From: an uncultured Chloroflexia bacterium
GTDB taxonomy: Bacteria > Chloroflexota > Limnocylindria > Limnocylindrales > CSP1-4
Assembly (NCBI GenBank): GCA_963809045.1
Contig: CAWEHW010000004.1
Coordinates: 331,816-395,815, forward strand
Reading direction: 5' to 3'
DNA: 64,000 bases
The position numbers and the translations under genes were made by a program. The notes beneath the pieces were generated by a model. That model saw nothing but the letters and a program-made list of their open reading frames with translations, made no database searches and was not told where the DNA came from. Below, one piece after another: positions 10,725 through 21,307 of this stretch. Each line of letters opens with the position of its first letter. The first letter of the stretch is position 1.

Positions 10725-12218
10725 TCAATCCACGGCGGTGCCGTAGAACGCACCGAACAGCTCCTGTTCGCTTGGCCGATCCTCGGCGATTGGACGGCTG
10801 ACCCAGGTCACGTTCATGTAGTGCTTCAAGTGGATGTTCTCCGACGTGATGTTGCCGCCCCACGTCCCGCAGCCAAGGCTCGAAGTCATCGGCATCCCAT
10901 TGTCGAAGGCACCCGCATTCGCCTTCGACTGGGGCTGCCGGACCATGATCCGGCTAACCGGAGCGGTCCGGGCAAGCTCGTCGATGTGGTCGTCGTTGAA
11001 CGAATAGATGCCGCAGGAGTGGCCCTTCCCACCGACCTCATAGACGGCCCTGACCATGTCGAGCGCGTTTTCGAAGCCTTCGTACCGGAACATCGAGAGC
11101 ACAACCCCAAGCTTTTCGGAGCTGAAGACGTTGTGGCGCCCGATCTCGGTCTGTTCGACGATGAAGAACTTGCGGTCGGGCGCGACCTCGAAGCCGGCCC
11201 GCTCGGCGATCTTCTGTGCGGAGATCGCTATCGTGTCGGGCGTTCGGTGACCTTCGTCGTCCCAGAGGGCTGCGCGGAGGAGCTCGATCTCAGCCGCGCT
11301 GGCCAGGCGCCCGCCCTCCTCGATGAGGTTCGCTCGGAGGGCATCGTAGATTGACGTCTCGACAATCAAGTTGCCGTCCGCAGAACAGCCCGAGCCGAAA
11401 TCGGAGGTCTTGCTCATGCGCGTGTTCCGCGCAGCTTCCGCCACGTGAGCCGTCTCATCGATGACCATCGTCGAGTTTCCGGCCCCGACACCGAACGCGG
11501 GCGTGCCGGAGCTGTAGGCGGCTCTGACCATGTCGCGGCCGCCGGTTGCCTGGACGAGGTCCGCTTTGGACATCAGGTACTGCGCTGCCGGGATGCTCGG
11601 TCGAGCCATGCACTGCAGGAGGTCCACGGGCGCGCCTTCGCGCGCGAGCGCGCGCCGCATGATCTCGACCGTCTCCATGGTCGTTCGCCTGCTACGCGGG
11701 TGCGGTGAGAAGACAACGGCGTCGCGACACTTGAGCGCGAACATCCCCACCCCGGGTGGCGTGAGCTCAGGGTTGGTGGTCGGCACGAGCGAGGCGATGA
11801 CCCCGACTGGCTTTGCGTACTTGACGATACCCCTGTCGGGTAGCTCTTCGATGACCCCGACGCTCTTTTGTCGCAGCACGTCGCGAAGAATGCCCATGAC
11901 CTTGAAACGCTTGCCGACGCGGCTCTCGGGATCACCGATCCCGCTCTCCTCCACGCCCATGTGGGCCAGCCGGGTGAACGTCGTCTCGTTGGCCACGGCC
12001 CACGCGACGGCCTGGCAGAGGCGGTCAACCTCCTCCTGCGTCGCATCCTCGAACGCGCGCAGGGCCGCTCGGCCACGAGCGATCAGCTCGTCGACGTGTC
12101 CGGTCTCCTCCGGGGTGATTGGTCGACTCGCCATCGATCTCTCCAGCGCTCCGTCGCGCCCCGTGGGGACGACCGAAACGAGCGGCAATTGTTCCACTAT
12201 TTCGTATGCAAGAGCCAC
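10725..12218 (-). CDS. CoA-acylating aldehyde dehydrogenase (EutE/PduP/SucD-like ALDH family); real start possibly at 12134
   Basis: ALDH-family fold carrying the catalytic Cys motif FGSGCSADGN and GCGTWGGN, typical of acylating aldehyde dehydrogenases. Confidence 0.75.
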   Translation of the reverse strand: MALAYEIVEQLPLVSVVPTGRDGALERSMASRPITPEETGHVDELIARGRAALRAFEDATQEEVDRLCQAVAWAVANETTFTRLAHMGVEESGIGDPESRVGKRFKVMGILRDVLRQKSVGVIEELPDRGIVKYAKPVGVIASLVPTTNPELTPPGVGMFALKCRDAVVFSPHPRSRRTTMETVEIMRRALAREGAPVDLLQCMARPSIPAAQYLMSKADLVQATGGRDMVRAAYSSGTPAFGVGAGNSTMVIDETAHVAEAARNTRMSKTSDFGSGCSADGNLIVETSIYDALRANLIEEGGRLASAAEIELLRAALWDDEGHRTPDTIAISAQKIAERAGFEVAPDRKFFIVEQTEIGRHNVFSSEKLGVVLSMFRYEGFENALDMVRAVYEVGGKGHSCGIYSFNDDHIDELARTAPVSRIMVRQPQSKANAGAFDNGMPMTSSLGCGTWGGNITSENIHLKHYMNVTWVSRPIAEDRPSEQELFGAFYGTAVD

Positions 12219-12404
12219 AATCCGGGAACGCGACCTTGAGCGTAGGTCTGCATCCCGGTCAGTGTCAAGCCAGCGGGTCGAGCACTTGACACCATCGCTG
12301 AAGGCAGTCTACGTTTCTGCTACGCGGACGCCATAGTCCGGTATGCGGAACGAATCTGACGCCAGAACTTCGACGCTACGATTGCGACGCCTGGGAGTGA
12401 TGCC

Positions 12405-14111
12405 ATGAGGGCGACCGTAGCCGACCACATCGCGAAGTTCCTGGTCGACCGGGGCGTCGAGCGGGTCTTCGGCCTGTGTGGCCACACGAACATCTCGTTG
12501 CTCGCTGCGTTCGAACGCCTTGGGGCTCCCCAGTTCACGACGACCCGCCATGAGCAGGTCGCGGCCCATGCGGCGGACGGGTATGCCCGCGCCTCCGGCC
12601 GGCCTGGCGTGGTGCTCGTCCATGTGGGACCAGGCATGACCAATGCGGTGACGGGTGTCGCAACGGCGGCCTTCGACTCGATCCCAATGGTTGTGATTGC
12701 CGGTGACGTCCCGTCGTACTACGAGGGCCGTGGACCGCATCAGGAGTTCAATCACCGTCGTGACGCGGATCAGGTGTCGGTCTACGAGCCATTCGTCAAG
12801 CGTGCCTGGCGAGTCCGGCGCACCGATCAGGTGCCGCGGATTCTCGCCCGCGCCTGGGACACAGCGCTTGCCGGCCGGCCGGGCCCGGTCCTGGTCTCAG
12901 TCTCGATGGACATCCTTGCCGACGTCCTGGAAGCGGATGTCGTCCCAGCCTCACCCGTAGCCAGACCGACGCTCAGCCCATCGACCGCAAGCGCGATCGC
13001 GGACGAGCTCCGCGCCGCCAGGCGACCGTTCCTGCTCGCCGGGGGCGGCACGCGACAGGCCGCGCCTCAGGTTCGACAGTTGGCAGAGCTGACCGGCGCG
13101 CCCGTGGCGCACACGCTGATGGGCACCGGAGTACTCCCGCCCGACCACCCACAACTCCTCGGAATGGTTGGATTCTGGGGATCGCCGAGCGCCAACCGGC
13201 TCGCCGCGGAGGCGGACGTCATCGTCGCGCTTGGGACGCGGTTCCCGGAGACCGACAGCAGCAGCTGGGAGCCCGGCGTCACGTTCCGTATACCGCCGAC
13301 CCGGCTCATCCACATCGACCTGGACCCGTACGAACCGGGCCGAAACTACCCTGCTGCCATTGCGGCGACGGCAGACGCCGGACTGGCCCTCGAGGCGATC
13401 GCCCTGGCCTATGGCGACTCAACCAATGATCGCGGCTACGACTGGGCGCGCCTCCGAGAAGAGCGTGAGGCGTTCCTTGCCCCAAGCCGTGCCAACGCGT
13501 CCTCGGATGCGTTTCCGCTGCTCCCGGAGCGCATCCTGGCAGACGTCCGGCGTGCCATGCCCAACGCGATTCTCGTGACCGATGTCGGCTGGAACAAGAA
13601 TGGCGTGGCCCAGCAGTATCCGGTCGATACGCCTGACTCGTTCCTGACGCCGGGAGGTTTCTCGACCATGGGGTTTGGCCCGTCGGCGGTGCTCGGTGTC
13701 GTGGCAGCCGGTACCGGCCGCCCGGCCATCGCCCTTGTCGGGGACGGCGCGTTCGGCTCCAACCCCAGTGTTGTCGCCACCGCCGTCGAGATGGGCATCG
13801 CGGCGGTATGGGTCGTGATGAACAACGCCGCGTTCGGAACCATCGCGGGCCTTGAACGCAAGCACTATGGATCCGCCTATGGCTGCGAGTTCGAAGCCGG
13901 CGGTCGACCGTACTCGCCCGATTTCGCGGCGATCGCGCGCGCCTGCGGCGCCGACGGCGTCTCCATCGAGACCCCCGATCAACTCGAGCCTGCGCTGCAA
14001 GCTGCCTGCAGGTCCGGCCGACCGACGGTCATCGACGTGCCGATGCGGAACACGCCCGTCATGACGCCCGGTGAATGGGACATCGAGCGCATCTACCAGG
14101 TCGCCCAATGA
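12405..14111 (+). CDS. Thiamine pyrophosphate-dependent enzyme (acetolactate synthase / sulfoacetaldehyde acetyltransferase / oxalyl-CoA decarboxylase superfamily)
   Basis: 568 aa with an N-terminal TPP pyrimidine-binding domain (GLCGHTNISLL...GPGMTNAVTGVATAAFDSIPMVVIAGD) and a C-terminal TPP-binding motif GDGAFG...NN. Its stop overlaps the next start (ATGA). Confidence 0.8.
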   Translation: MRATVADHIAKFLVDRGVERVFGLCGHTNISLLAAFERLGAPQFTTTRHEQVAAHAADGYARASGRPGVVLVHVGPGMTNAVTGVATAAFDSIPMVVIAGDVPSYYEGRGPHQEFNHRRDADQVSVYEPFVKRAWRVRRTDQVPRILARAWDTALAGRPGPVLVSVSMDILADVLEADVVPASPVARPTLSPSTASAIADELRAARRPFLLAGGGTRQAAPQVRQLAELTGAPVAHTLMGTGVLPPDHPQLLGMVGFWGSPSANRLAAEADVIVALGTRFPETDSSSWEPGVTFRIPPTRLIHIDLDPYEPGRNYPAAIAATADAGLALEAIALAYGDSTNDRGYDWARLREEREAFLAPSRANASSDAFPLLPERILADVRRAMPNAILVTDVGWNKNGVAQQYPVDTPDSFLTPGGFSTMGFGPSAVLGVVAAGTGRPAIALVGDGAFGSNPSVVATAVEMGIAAVWVVMNNAAFGTIAGLERKHYGSAYGCEFEAGGRPYSPDFAAIARACGADGVSIETPDQLEPALQAACRSGRPTVIDVPMRNTPVMTPGEWDIERIYQVAQ

Positions 14112-14927
14112 CCAGGGCTCACGAGGGTGTGGGTGCGGGGCAGGCAGCTCGGCCCGCGGCCTGGTCCACGCGGATCACCGCGACAACGGACGAGCAGGTA
14201 TTCGTCCGTGGTGTCGCGCTGGACGTTGCCATCGGTCGGGAGGCATTCCCCGCGATGGTCCTGCGTCTATGGCGTGGCGAGCCTGCGACCGATGTTGAGG
14301 CGGATCTGATGGGCGCGTGCATGGTGGCCGCCATCGATCACGGACCCTTGGCTCCATCCGCACTCGTCGTGCGCACGATAGCGTCTACCCGGGCCACCGC
14401 CGATGAGCGCTCTTGCCGGCGGCATCCTCTCCTTCGGCGAGCTACACGGCGCCGTCGTTACCCGGGCCATGCGGATCGTCGCCTCGGCACCGCTCGACGG
14501 CAACCTGGACAACTGGGCCGACATGGTCTTCGAGGCCGAACGCGCAGCTGGTCGACGTGTCCCGGGGATCGGCCATCGCTGGCACGAGCGCGACCTCCGT
14601 TCAGAGCGGCTTCTCGACGTTGCGACAGCTTTCGCCGGCGGCAGGCAGGCAGCCGCGATGCGGGCCCTGGCGGATCGCGTCGCTGGGCACGTGGAGCACC
14701 CTGTCGCCGTGAACGTCGACGGAGCCCTGGCGGTTGCCCTCACGGCCCTCCGGCTCGATCCCGAGTACGGCGACTTCCTGTTCGCGATCGCAAGGAGTTT
14801 CGGCCTGGCAGCCCACATCGTGGAGGAACGGGCGCGCGAGCGTCCGATGCGGATGATCGACCCCACCGCTGCGCTCTATGACGGCATCCCTGTTCCCGAC
14901 CCGACGCGTGAGGAGACGAACCGATGA
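14108..14927 (+). CDS. Small citrate-synthase-family protein (citryl-CoA lyase-like) with an apparent frameshift near 14395
   Basis: Citrate synthase signature GIGHRWHERDLRSERL (compare GFGHRVY) and ASTRAT...SALAGGILSFGELHGAV. At about 270 aa it is much shorter than a true citrate synthase. The N-terminal part lies in another frame. Confidence 0.65.
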
Positions 14928-15295
14928 AGGTCCAGGTGATCTCGCCATTCGATGAGGCCGAGCAGATCTGGATCGGTCTGGAGCAGCCGGGGATGCGCCG
15001 CAAGGTGTTCCGGTTCGTATCACCCGAGACCGGTTCCGAGGAATTCATGGCGGGCATCACCATCTTCGAGCCGGGCGAGTCCAGCTCTTATCACATTCAC
15101 CCGGAGTCGGAAGAGATCAATCTCGTGCTATCGGGCTCCGGCCTCGTAGTTTCCGAGGGCGAGGAAGTGCCGTTCGGACCAGGTCATGCCATGTGGGTCC
15201 CGAAGAACGTCCACCACCAGCACAAGAACACCGGCACGGAGCCACTCAAGCTGCTATGGATCTACACGCCTCAAGCCGAATTGCCCACGACCTGA
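14924..15295 (+). CDS. Cupin-domain protein
   Basis: 123 aa with a cupin metal-binding motif (YHIHPESEEINLVLSG ... HHQHKNTG). ATGA overlap with the upstream gene. Confidence 0.7.
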   Translation: MKVQVISPFDEAEQIWIGLEQPGMRRKVFRFVSPETGSEEFMAGITIFEPGESSSYHIHPESEEINLVLSGSGLVVSEGEEVPFGPGHAMWVPKNVHHQHKNTGTEPLKLLWIYTPQAELPTT

Positions 15296-15362
15296 CCTCG
15301 TTGCGTCGGTCCGTACGCCACGCGGGCTTCCGGCCCGTTCGGCCATGAGTGGCGCCACGTAG

Positions 15363-16655
15363 ATGGCCATGTCCGACCTTTCGGAACGCGAACCCACGCG
15401 CTCGGCGCCGACAACGTTGGCCCCTGGGCCGCTCGCCGACGTTCGAGTCCTCGAGCTGGGGACGCTGATTGCTGGACCCTTGGCCGGCCGCTGGCTCGCC
15501 GATTTTGGTGCGGAGGTCATCAAGATTGAGCACCCCAGCCAGGGGGACCCATTGCGCAAGTGGGGCATGACCTGGGACGGGACCGATTCGCTGTGGCACC
15601 TCGTGCAATCGCGGGGCAAGCAATCCGTCGCTGCCGACCTCCACGACCCCGGCGATCAAGCGCTCGTGCGCCAGCTGGCGGCGGAGAGCGACATCCTCAT
15701 CGAGAACTTCCGCCCCGGCCGATTGGAGGGATGGGGCCTAGGACCAGACGACCTGATGCGTGAAAATCCTGGTTTGATCGTGGTGAGGATCTCGGGCTAC
15801 GGTCAGACCGGCCCGCTCCGAGAGCAGCCGGGTTTCGGCACCATCGCGGAGGCGGCTGGTGGGCTCCGATACATCACCGGTGAACCCGATCGCCCGCCGA
15901 CCCGGGTCGGCCTCAGTCTTGGAGACTCGATTGCCTCGATGCACGCGCTGGTCGGCGCCCTGATCGCCCTACATGAGCGTCACACCTCGGGCCGTGGCCA
16001 GGTCGTTGACGTCGCGCTCACCGAAGCCCTGTTCACGATGCTGGAAGGGATCCTGCCCGAATACGGGTACCTGGGCGTCGTCCGCGAGCGGACCGGCAAC
16101 ATCGCCCACAGCTCTGCGCCGACGAACACCTACGAGTGCGCCGACGGGCAGCTCGTCTGCATCGCGGCCAACAGCACCAAACTCTTCATCGATCTCTTCC
16201 GTGCCATCGGCCGCGACGACGGTGCCGAAGATCCCGCGCTTCGTAGCAATGCCGGGAGGGTTCTGCACGCGGACGCGCTCGACAAGGCCATCGCCTCGTG
16301 GACTCGGACGCACACGGCTGACGACGTGGTGAAACTGCTTCGCGAGCGCCAGATCCCGGTCAGTCGCATCAACAGCATCGCCGACATCGTTGCCGACCCC
16401 CAGTTCCGGGCGCGTGACATGATCGTGTCCGTTGAGGACGAGCGCCTCGAGAAGCCGCTCCTTGTCCCGGGGATCGTCCCCAAGTTGTCGCGGACACCGG
16501 GCAGAGTGCCCCATCTCGCTCGGCCGCTCGGAGCCGACACCGATGCGGTCCGGCAACGACTCGAGCTGCGTCGACGAGCCGCTGAGGCCACCGGTCTGGG
16601 GGCCCGCGAGCACGGCGGTGCGTCCAGGACGACCATTCGCCGTCCCGTTGATTGA
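15363..16655 (+). CDS. Family III CoA-transferase (CaiB/BaiF/Frc family)
   Basis: 430 aa with N-terminal VRVLELGTLIAGPLAGRWLADFGAEVIKIE, characteristic of CaiB/BaiF CoA-transferases. Confidence 0.85.
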   Translation: MAMSDLSEREPTRSAPTTLAPGPLADVRVLELGTLIAGPLAGRWLADFGAEVIKIEHPSQGDPLRKWGMTWDGTDSLWHLVQSRGKQSVAADLHDPGDQALVRQLAAESDILIENFRPGRLEGWGLGPDDLMRENPGLIVVRISGYGQTGPLREQPGFGTIAEAAGGLRYITGEPDRPPTRVGLSLGDSIASMHALVGALIALHERHTSGRGQVVDVALTEALFTMLEGILPEYGYLGVVRERTGNIAHSSAPTNTYECADGQLVCIAANSTKLFIDLFRAIGRDDGAEDPALRSNAGRVLHADALDKAIASWTRTHTADDVVKLLRERQIPVSRINSIADIVADPQFRARDMIVSVEDERLEKPLLVPGIVPKLSRTPGRVPHLARPLGADTDAVRQRLELRRRAAEATGLGAREHGGASRTTIRRPVD

Positions 16656-16695
16656 CCCGCCTGCCAATCGCCCACGCGGGCACGGCTCCCAGGTG

Positions 16696-17682
16696 ATGCC
16701 GGTCCAGACGTTTCTGGGTCCACGGGATCCCGCCGAGCTTGGCATGACGCTCATCCACGAGCACGTGTTCGTCCGCACTCCCGAGCTCGACGTCAACTTC
16801 CCGCATCCGGAATGGGATGAGGCGGCGGCGGTTGAGCGAGCCGTGACGGGCTTCACTGCCCTTCATGCGCTTGGTGTGCGGACGGTGGTGGACCTGACCG
16901 TCCTGGGTCTTGGACGCGACGTCCGGCTGGTCGCCCGGGTTGCCGATCAGGTTCCGATCAACCTGGTCGCGTCGACCGGGTATTACACGGGGAGTGGCCT
17001 CGCTCTCGACCTGCAGTTCCGCGGTCCCGGCCGCCTGATTGACGGCCCCGACCCGCTGATCGAGTACTTCATTGGGGACATCGAGAACGGGATTGCGGGG
17101 ACCAACGTCCGAGCAGGCATGCTCAAGATCATGACCTCCCAGGACGGCATCTCCGAGGACGTCGCCCGGGTGATGGCCGCCGCTGCCGTCGCCCACCAGC
17201 AGACCGGCGTTTCGATCACCACTCACTCACATCCCGGCACGCGGAACGGTCTCGATCAGCAGGCGTTCCTTCGAGAGCGTGGCATTCCGCTCGAACGGGT
17301 GATCATCGGCCATTCGGGCGACACCGAAGACCTGGCTTACCTGCGCGAGTTGATGGACAACGGGTCCACGATCGGCATGGACAGGTTCGGCATGGAGCAC
17401 GTCATGCCGGACGACCGTCGCGTCCGCACCGTTCTCGCTCTGTTGGAACTCGGGTACGCCGACCGGATGGTGCTGTCACACGATGCCGCCTTCTTCAGTC
17501 GGGTAACGCCACCTTCGTGGCGGGCGCAATCCGCCCCGAACTGGCAGATGGAGAACATCTCGCGCCGCATCCTGCCCATGCTGCGTCGGTCGGGGGCTTC
17601 GGAGGAGGACCTTCACCAGATGCTCGTCAGCAACCCCATGAGACTCCTCACCCCCGTGCGGTCCACAGCGAGCGCGGCCTGA
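16696..17682 (+). CDS. Phosphotriesterase-family protein (PTE-like lactonase / aryldialkylphosphatase-related)
   Basis: GMTLIHEHVF motif (the metal-binding HxH) and a TIM-barrel PTE fold including HSHPG and MVLSHDAAF. Confidence 0.75.
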   Translation: MPVQTFLGPRDPAELGMTLIHEHVFVRTPELDVNFPHPEWDEAAAVERAVTGFTALHALGVRTVVDLTVLGLGRDVRLVARVADQVPINLVASTGYYTGSGLALDLQFRGPGRLIDGPDPLIEYFIGDIENGIAGTNVRAGMLKIMTSQDGISEDVARVMAAAAVAHQQTGVSITTHSHPGTRNGLDQQAFLRERGIPLERVIIGHSGDTEDLAYLRELMDNGSTIGMDRFGMEHVMPDDRRVRTVLALLELGYADRMVLSHDAAFFSRVTPPSWRAQSAPNWQMENISRRILPMLRRSGASEEDLHQMLVSNPMRLLTPVRSTASAA

Positions 17683-17708
17683 ATGGCGCGAGATGGGAGG
17701 GCTCGGCC

Positions 17709-18688
17709 GTGAGGGCTGCCGTGCTGGTGCGTCCCGGGGCTATCGAGATCGACGACGTGCCGGAGCCCGAGGTGGGGCCAAACGACGTCAGGATCACAGT
17801 CGGCGGCGTAGGGCTGTGCGGATCCGACCTCAGCGTCTTCAGCGGCCGCTGGAGCGCGCCCAGCTACCCATGGATCATGGGCCACGAGGCCTTCGGCATC
17901 GTGGAGGATGTTGGTCGGCAGGTGCCAGCATCTCGCGTGGGGGAGACGGTGGTGATCGAACCCAACGCGGCATGTTTCCAGTGCCCGCAATGTGAGCGAG
18001 GCCGAACGTCTGCCTGCATCCAGCGCCAGTCCCTCGGGATGAACCGCCCGGGAGCCCTCGCCGAAAAGCTGGTCTTGCCGAGCGAATTCGCCTGGCGGAT
18101 TGAGGGCCAAGCGGGCAGGGACCTCGTGTGTGTGGAGCCGCTGGCCGTGGTCGAATCAGCACTCCGCCGCCTGGGGACACCGATCCCGCCATCCGCGCTG
18201 GTTGTCGCCGTTGGACCGCAGGGACTGTTGATGTGCCTCGCGATGTCCCGGCGCGGTGTTCGCGTGTTTGCCCTAGACGTGAACCACGACCGGCGTGGCG
18301 TTCGCGACAAGCCTCGGTGCCGAAGTGATTTCCGACGAGACGGACAGGACGTCGATTTGACCTGGTCGTCGATACCGTGGGCACGCCGGCCTCGATGGAG
18401 ACCGCGATGAACCAGACAGAGATCGGCGGGACTCTGCTCGTCCTTGGCTTTGACAGCCGACCATTCGAACTGTCGTCGCAGGCGCTTGTTCGACGCGGGA
18501 TTTCAATCCGTGGGTCGTTGACCTACGACCATCCGGGCGACTTCCGGACGGTTCTGGAGCTCCTTAAGGCAGGCCACATTTCGCCTGGCCAGGTCGTGAG
18601 CACGGAGTTTCCTCTCGACGATGCGCAGCAGGCGTTTGAGACGAGCGGATCCGCTCCCGGCAAGACCTGGATAAGCGTTTCCGGGTGA
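17709..18688 (+). CDS. Zinc-dependent alcohol dehydrogenase (MDR family) with two apparent frameshifts near 18305 and 18355
   Basis: GTG start lies 10 nt after a GGGAGG ribosome-binding site. Catalytic Zn motif GHEAFGIVEDVG and structural Zn CFQCPQCERGRTSAC are present. The C-terminal domain (GAEVISDETDRTSI / DLVVDTVGTPASMETAMNQ...) is spread over three frames. Confidence 0.75.
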
Positions 18689-19150
18689 TCAGCCTTTACC
18701 AAATCCGGCAGCGGCTGCCGATGCCGACACCGCGGCCCGCAGCCCGAGGAGGTAGCTGTCGACGCCGAACCCGCTGATCTGACCGCGGACGACTCGGCTG
18801 TGAATACCGAGTTGTGGCGGAACGGTTCCGCGCGTGGACATTGGACATGTGCACTTCCACGATCGGGACGGCCAGGATCGCGAGCGCGTCGCGGATGCCG
18901 TAGCTGTAGTGCGTCCAGGCGCCCGCGTTGATTACGACCGCACCGGTGCCATCGGTATGTCCCAGGTGGATGCGCTGCACACATCGCACCTTCGTCGTTG
19001 GTCTGGAACGTCTCGATTTCGACTCCGAGTTGCGATGCGAGCGTGGTCAGCTGCGCGTCAATCTCGTGCCAGCGTGATCGTCCCGTACGTTTCCGGGTCT
19101 CGCCGCCCGAACATGTTGAGGTTGACGCCATGCAGGACCAGGACCTTCAT
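18683..19150 (-). pseudogene. aroQ: Type II 3-dehydroquinate dehydratase (AroQ), disrupted by at least four frameshifts; may be sequencing error
   Basis: The segments [104 protein letters not shown] and [23 protein letters not shown] are each highly conserved but lie in alternating frames. Confidence 0.7.
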
Positions 19151-19292
19151 CGGGGCATCCCTTGCGGCTCGAGCAGGCGATTGTGATGGGTGCTCATCAT
19201 CGGACATCGCCCCGCTGACGTGCTGGACCCGACCAGTGCCGATGGGCGACGATCAGATCCACCCGGGCGACGTCGCTCGGCGTGGGCTCCGA

Positions 19293-19712
19293 TCATGCCT
19301 CGCTGACGGACTGCGCGACCCGTCCGTGATCCAGATCCGTCCGCGCGGCCCGCAGAAGTGCGATGGCGCCCTCGATCCGCTCGATGACCGCCGTGTAGTC
19401 GGCGGCCGTCACAACCTGATCGCCGTACTCGTCAAGGCGCGCGCTGAGGAGGGCAACGTCGGCGGTGATGTGGTTGACGACGTTCATGACGTCGACCTCA
19501 TGGACGTAACGGCGACCAGCGTGCTCCACTCGTGCGTACCCAGCTTCGTCCAGCCAACGAGCGAAGTAGTTGAGGGCCGACTCCCCGGAGCGCGCCGCAA
19601 ACGGGTAGTCCTCCTCGCCGGGTTCCCAGTCGATGCCGGGGGCTCCATCGCGAAGAGCTCCATCGACGCCATCCTCGGCGGACGAATGAGAACCCGACGG
19701 GCGGTTGACCAT
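19293..19712 (-). CDS. Hypothetical protein
   Basis: 139-aa ORF with coding-like composition and no recognisable motif. Confidence 0.4.
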   Translation of the reverse strand: MVNRPSGSHSSAEDGVDGALRDGAPGIDWEPGEEDYPFAARSGESALNYFARWLDEAGYARVEHAGRRYVHEVDVMNVVNHITADVALLSARLDEYGDQVVTAADYTAVIERIEGAIALLRAARTDLDHGRVAQSVSEA

Positions 19713-19764
19713 GTTGCGAGGAGTCTAGCAATCGGGAGCGGTGGCGGATGCCGCGTGCGCTGGG

Positions 19765-20514
19765 TTAGGCCTGCCGGAGGCTGCCGGCGATCTGTGCCGC
19801 GGTCGCCACGACGCGTTCCGCGACGCCGGCTTCGGTCCCGCCAACCGGAAACCGATACGACGGGCCGTGCAGATGCACCGCCGCGACGACCTCGCCCGAT
19901 GCATCCGCGATCGGGGCGGCGACCGAGCTGATCCCTCGATCGAACTCCTCGCGCGCCCAAGCGAAGCCGTCTCGGCGCACCTCGCGCAGGCGTTCGCGCA
20001 AGGCGACCGGGTCGACGATGGTCAGGTCGGTGAACCGCTCGAGCGGGCGCTCCAGGTAGCGCTCCAACCCCGCGGCAGGACGGAACGCGAGCAGCACCTG
20101 GCCCGAAGAGACGGCGTGCATCGGGATCCGCGATCCGGTCCAGTCACGCACCGAGACCGGGTTGGGCGTGTCGACCTGCTCGACGTAGTGGACGAGGTCG
20201 CCGTCGGGCACGGACAGCCCGGCCGCCTCGCCGACGCCGGCCGACAACTCGGCAAGCGATGGGCGGGCGAGCCGCGCCAGGGAACGCGTCGGCAGGACAC
20301 CGGCGGCGAGCGTTGCCAACCGGCCGCCGAGCCGGTAACGCGTGTCGCCGGGGACCTGCTCGACGACGCCTTCGCGGGCGAGCGAGGCCAGCAGTCGCGC
20401 GGCCGTCGATTTCGGTAGGCTCGATCGCTCGGCGACCTCGGTCACCCCGATCGGGCCGTCGGCAAGGGTGCCGAGCACGGCGAAGGCTCGCTCGATGGAC
20501 TGGACTCTGGACAT
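19765..20514 (-). CDS. IclR-family transcriptional regulator; start taken at MSRVQSIE
   Basis: HTH PIGVTEVAERSSLPKSTAARLLASLAREGVV with the IclR effector domain. Divergent from the corrinoid methyltransferase operon. Confidence 0.8.
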   Translation of the reverse strand: MSRVQSIERAFAVLGTLADGPIGVTEVAERSSLPKSTAARLLASLAREGVVEQVPGDTRYRLGGRLATLAAGVLPTRSLARLARPSLAELSAGVGEAAGLSVPDGDLVHYVEQVDTPNPVSVRDWTGSRIPMHAVSSGQVLLAFRPAAGLERYLERPLERFTDLTIVDPVALRERLREVRRDGFAWAREEFDRGISSVAAPIADASGEVVAAVHLHGPSYRFPVGGTEAGVAERVVATAAQIAGSLRQA

Positions 20515-20542
20515 CAGGCCTTTGCTCGGATAGATTCTCGGT

Positions 20543-20586
20543 CCACGTGGTTCCATCATACGGCACGGTTCCGCATCGTGGAACCG
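20543..20586. promoter_or_regulatory. Candidate operator: GGTTCC direct repeat plus inverted repeat CGGTTCC-N7-GGAACCG in the IclR / corrinoid-operon divergent intergenic region
   Basis: ccacgtGGTTCCatcatacggcaCGGTTCCgcatcgtGGAACCGcc lies 20-60 nt upstream of the corrinoid protein ATG and about 30-70 nt upstream of the divergent IclR start. Confidence 0.35.
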
Positions 20587-20605
20587 CCCGCCAGGAGTCG
20601 CCAGC

Positions 20606-21296
<691 letters not shown>

Positions 21297-21307
<11 letters not shown>

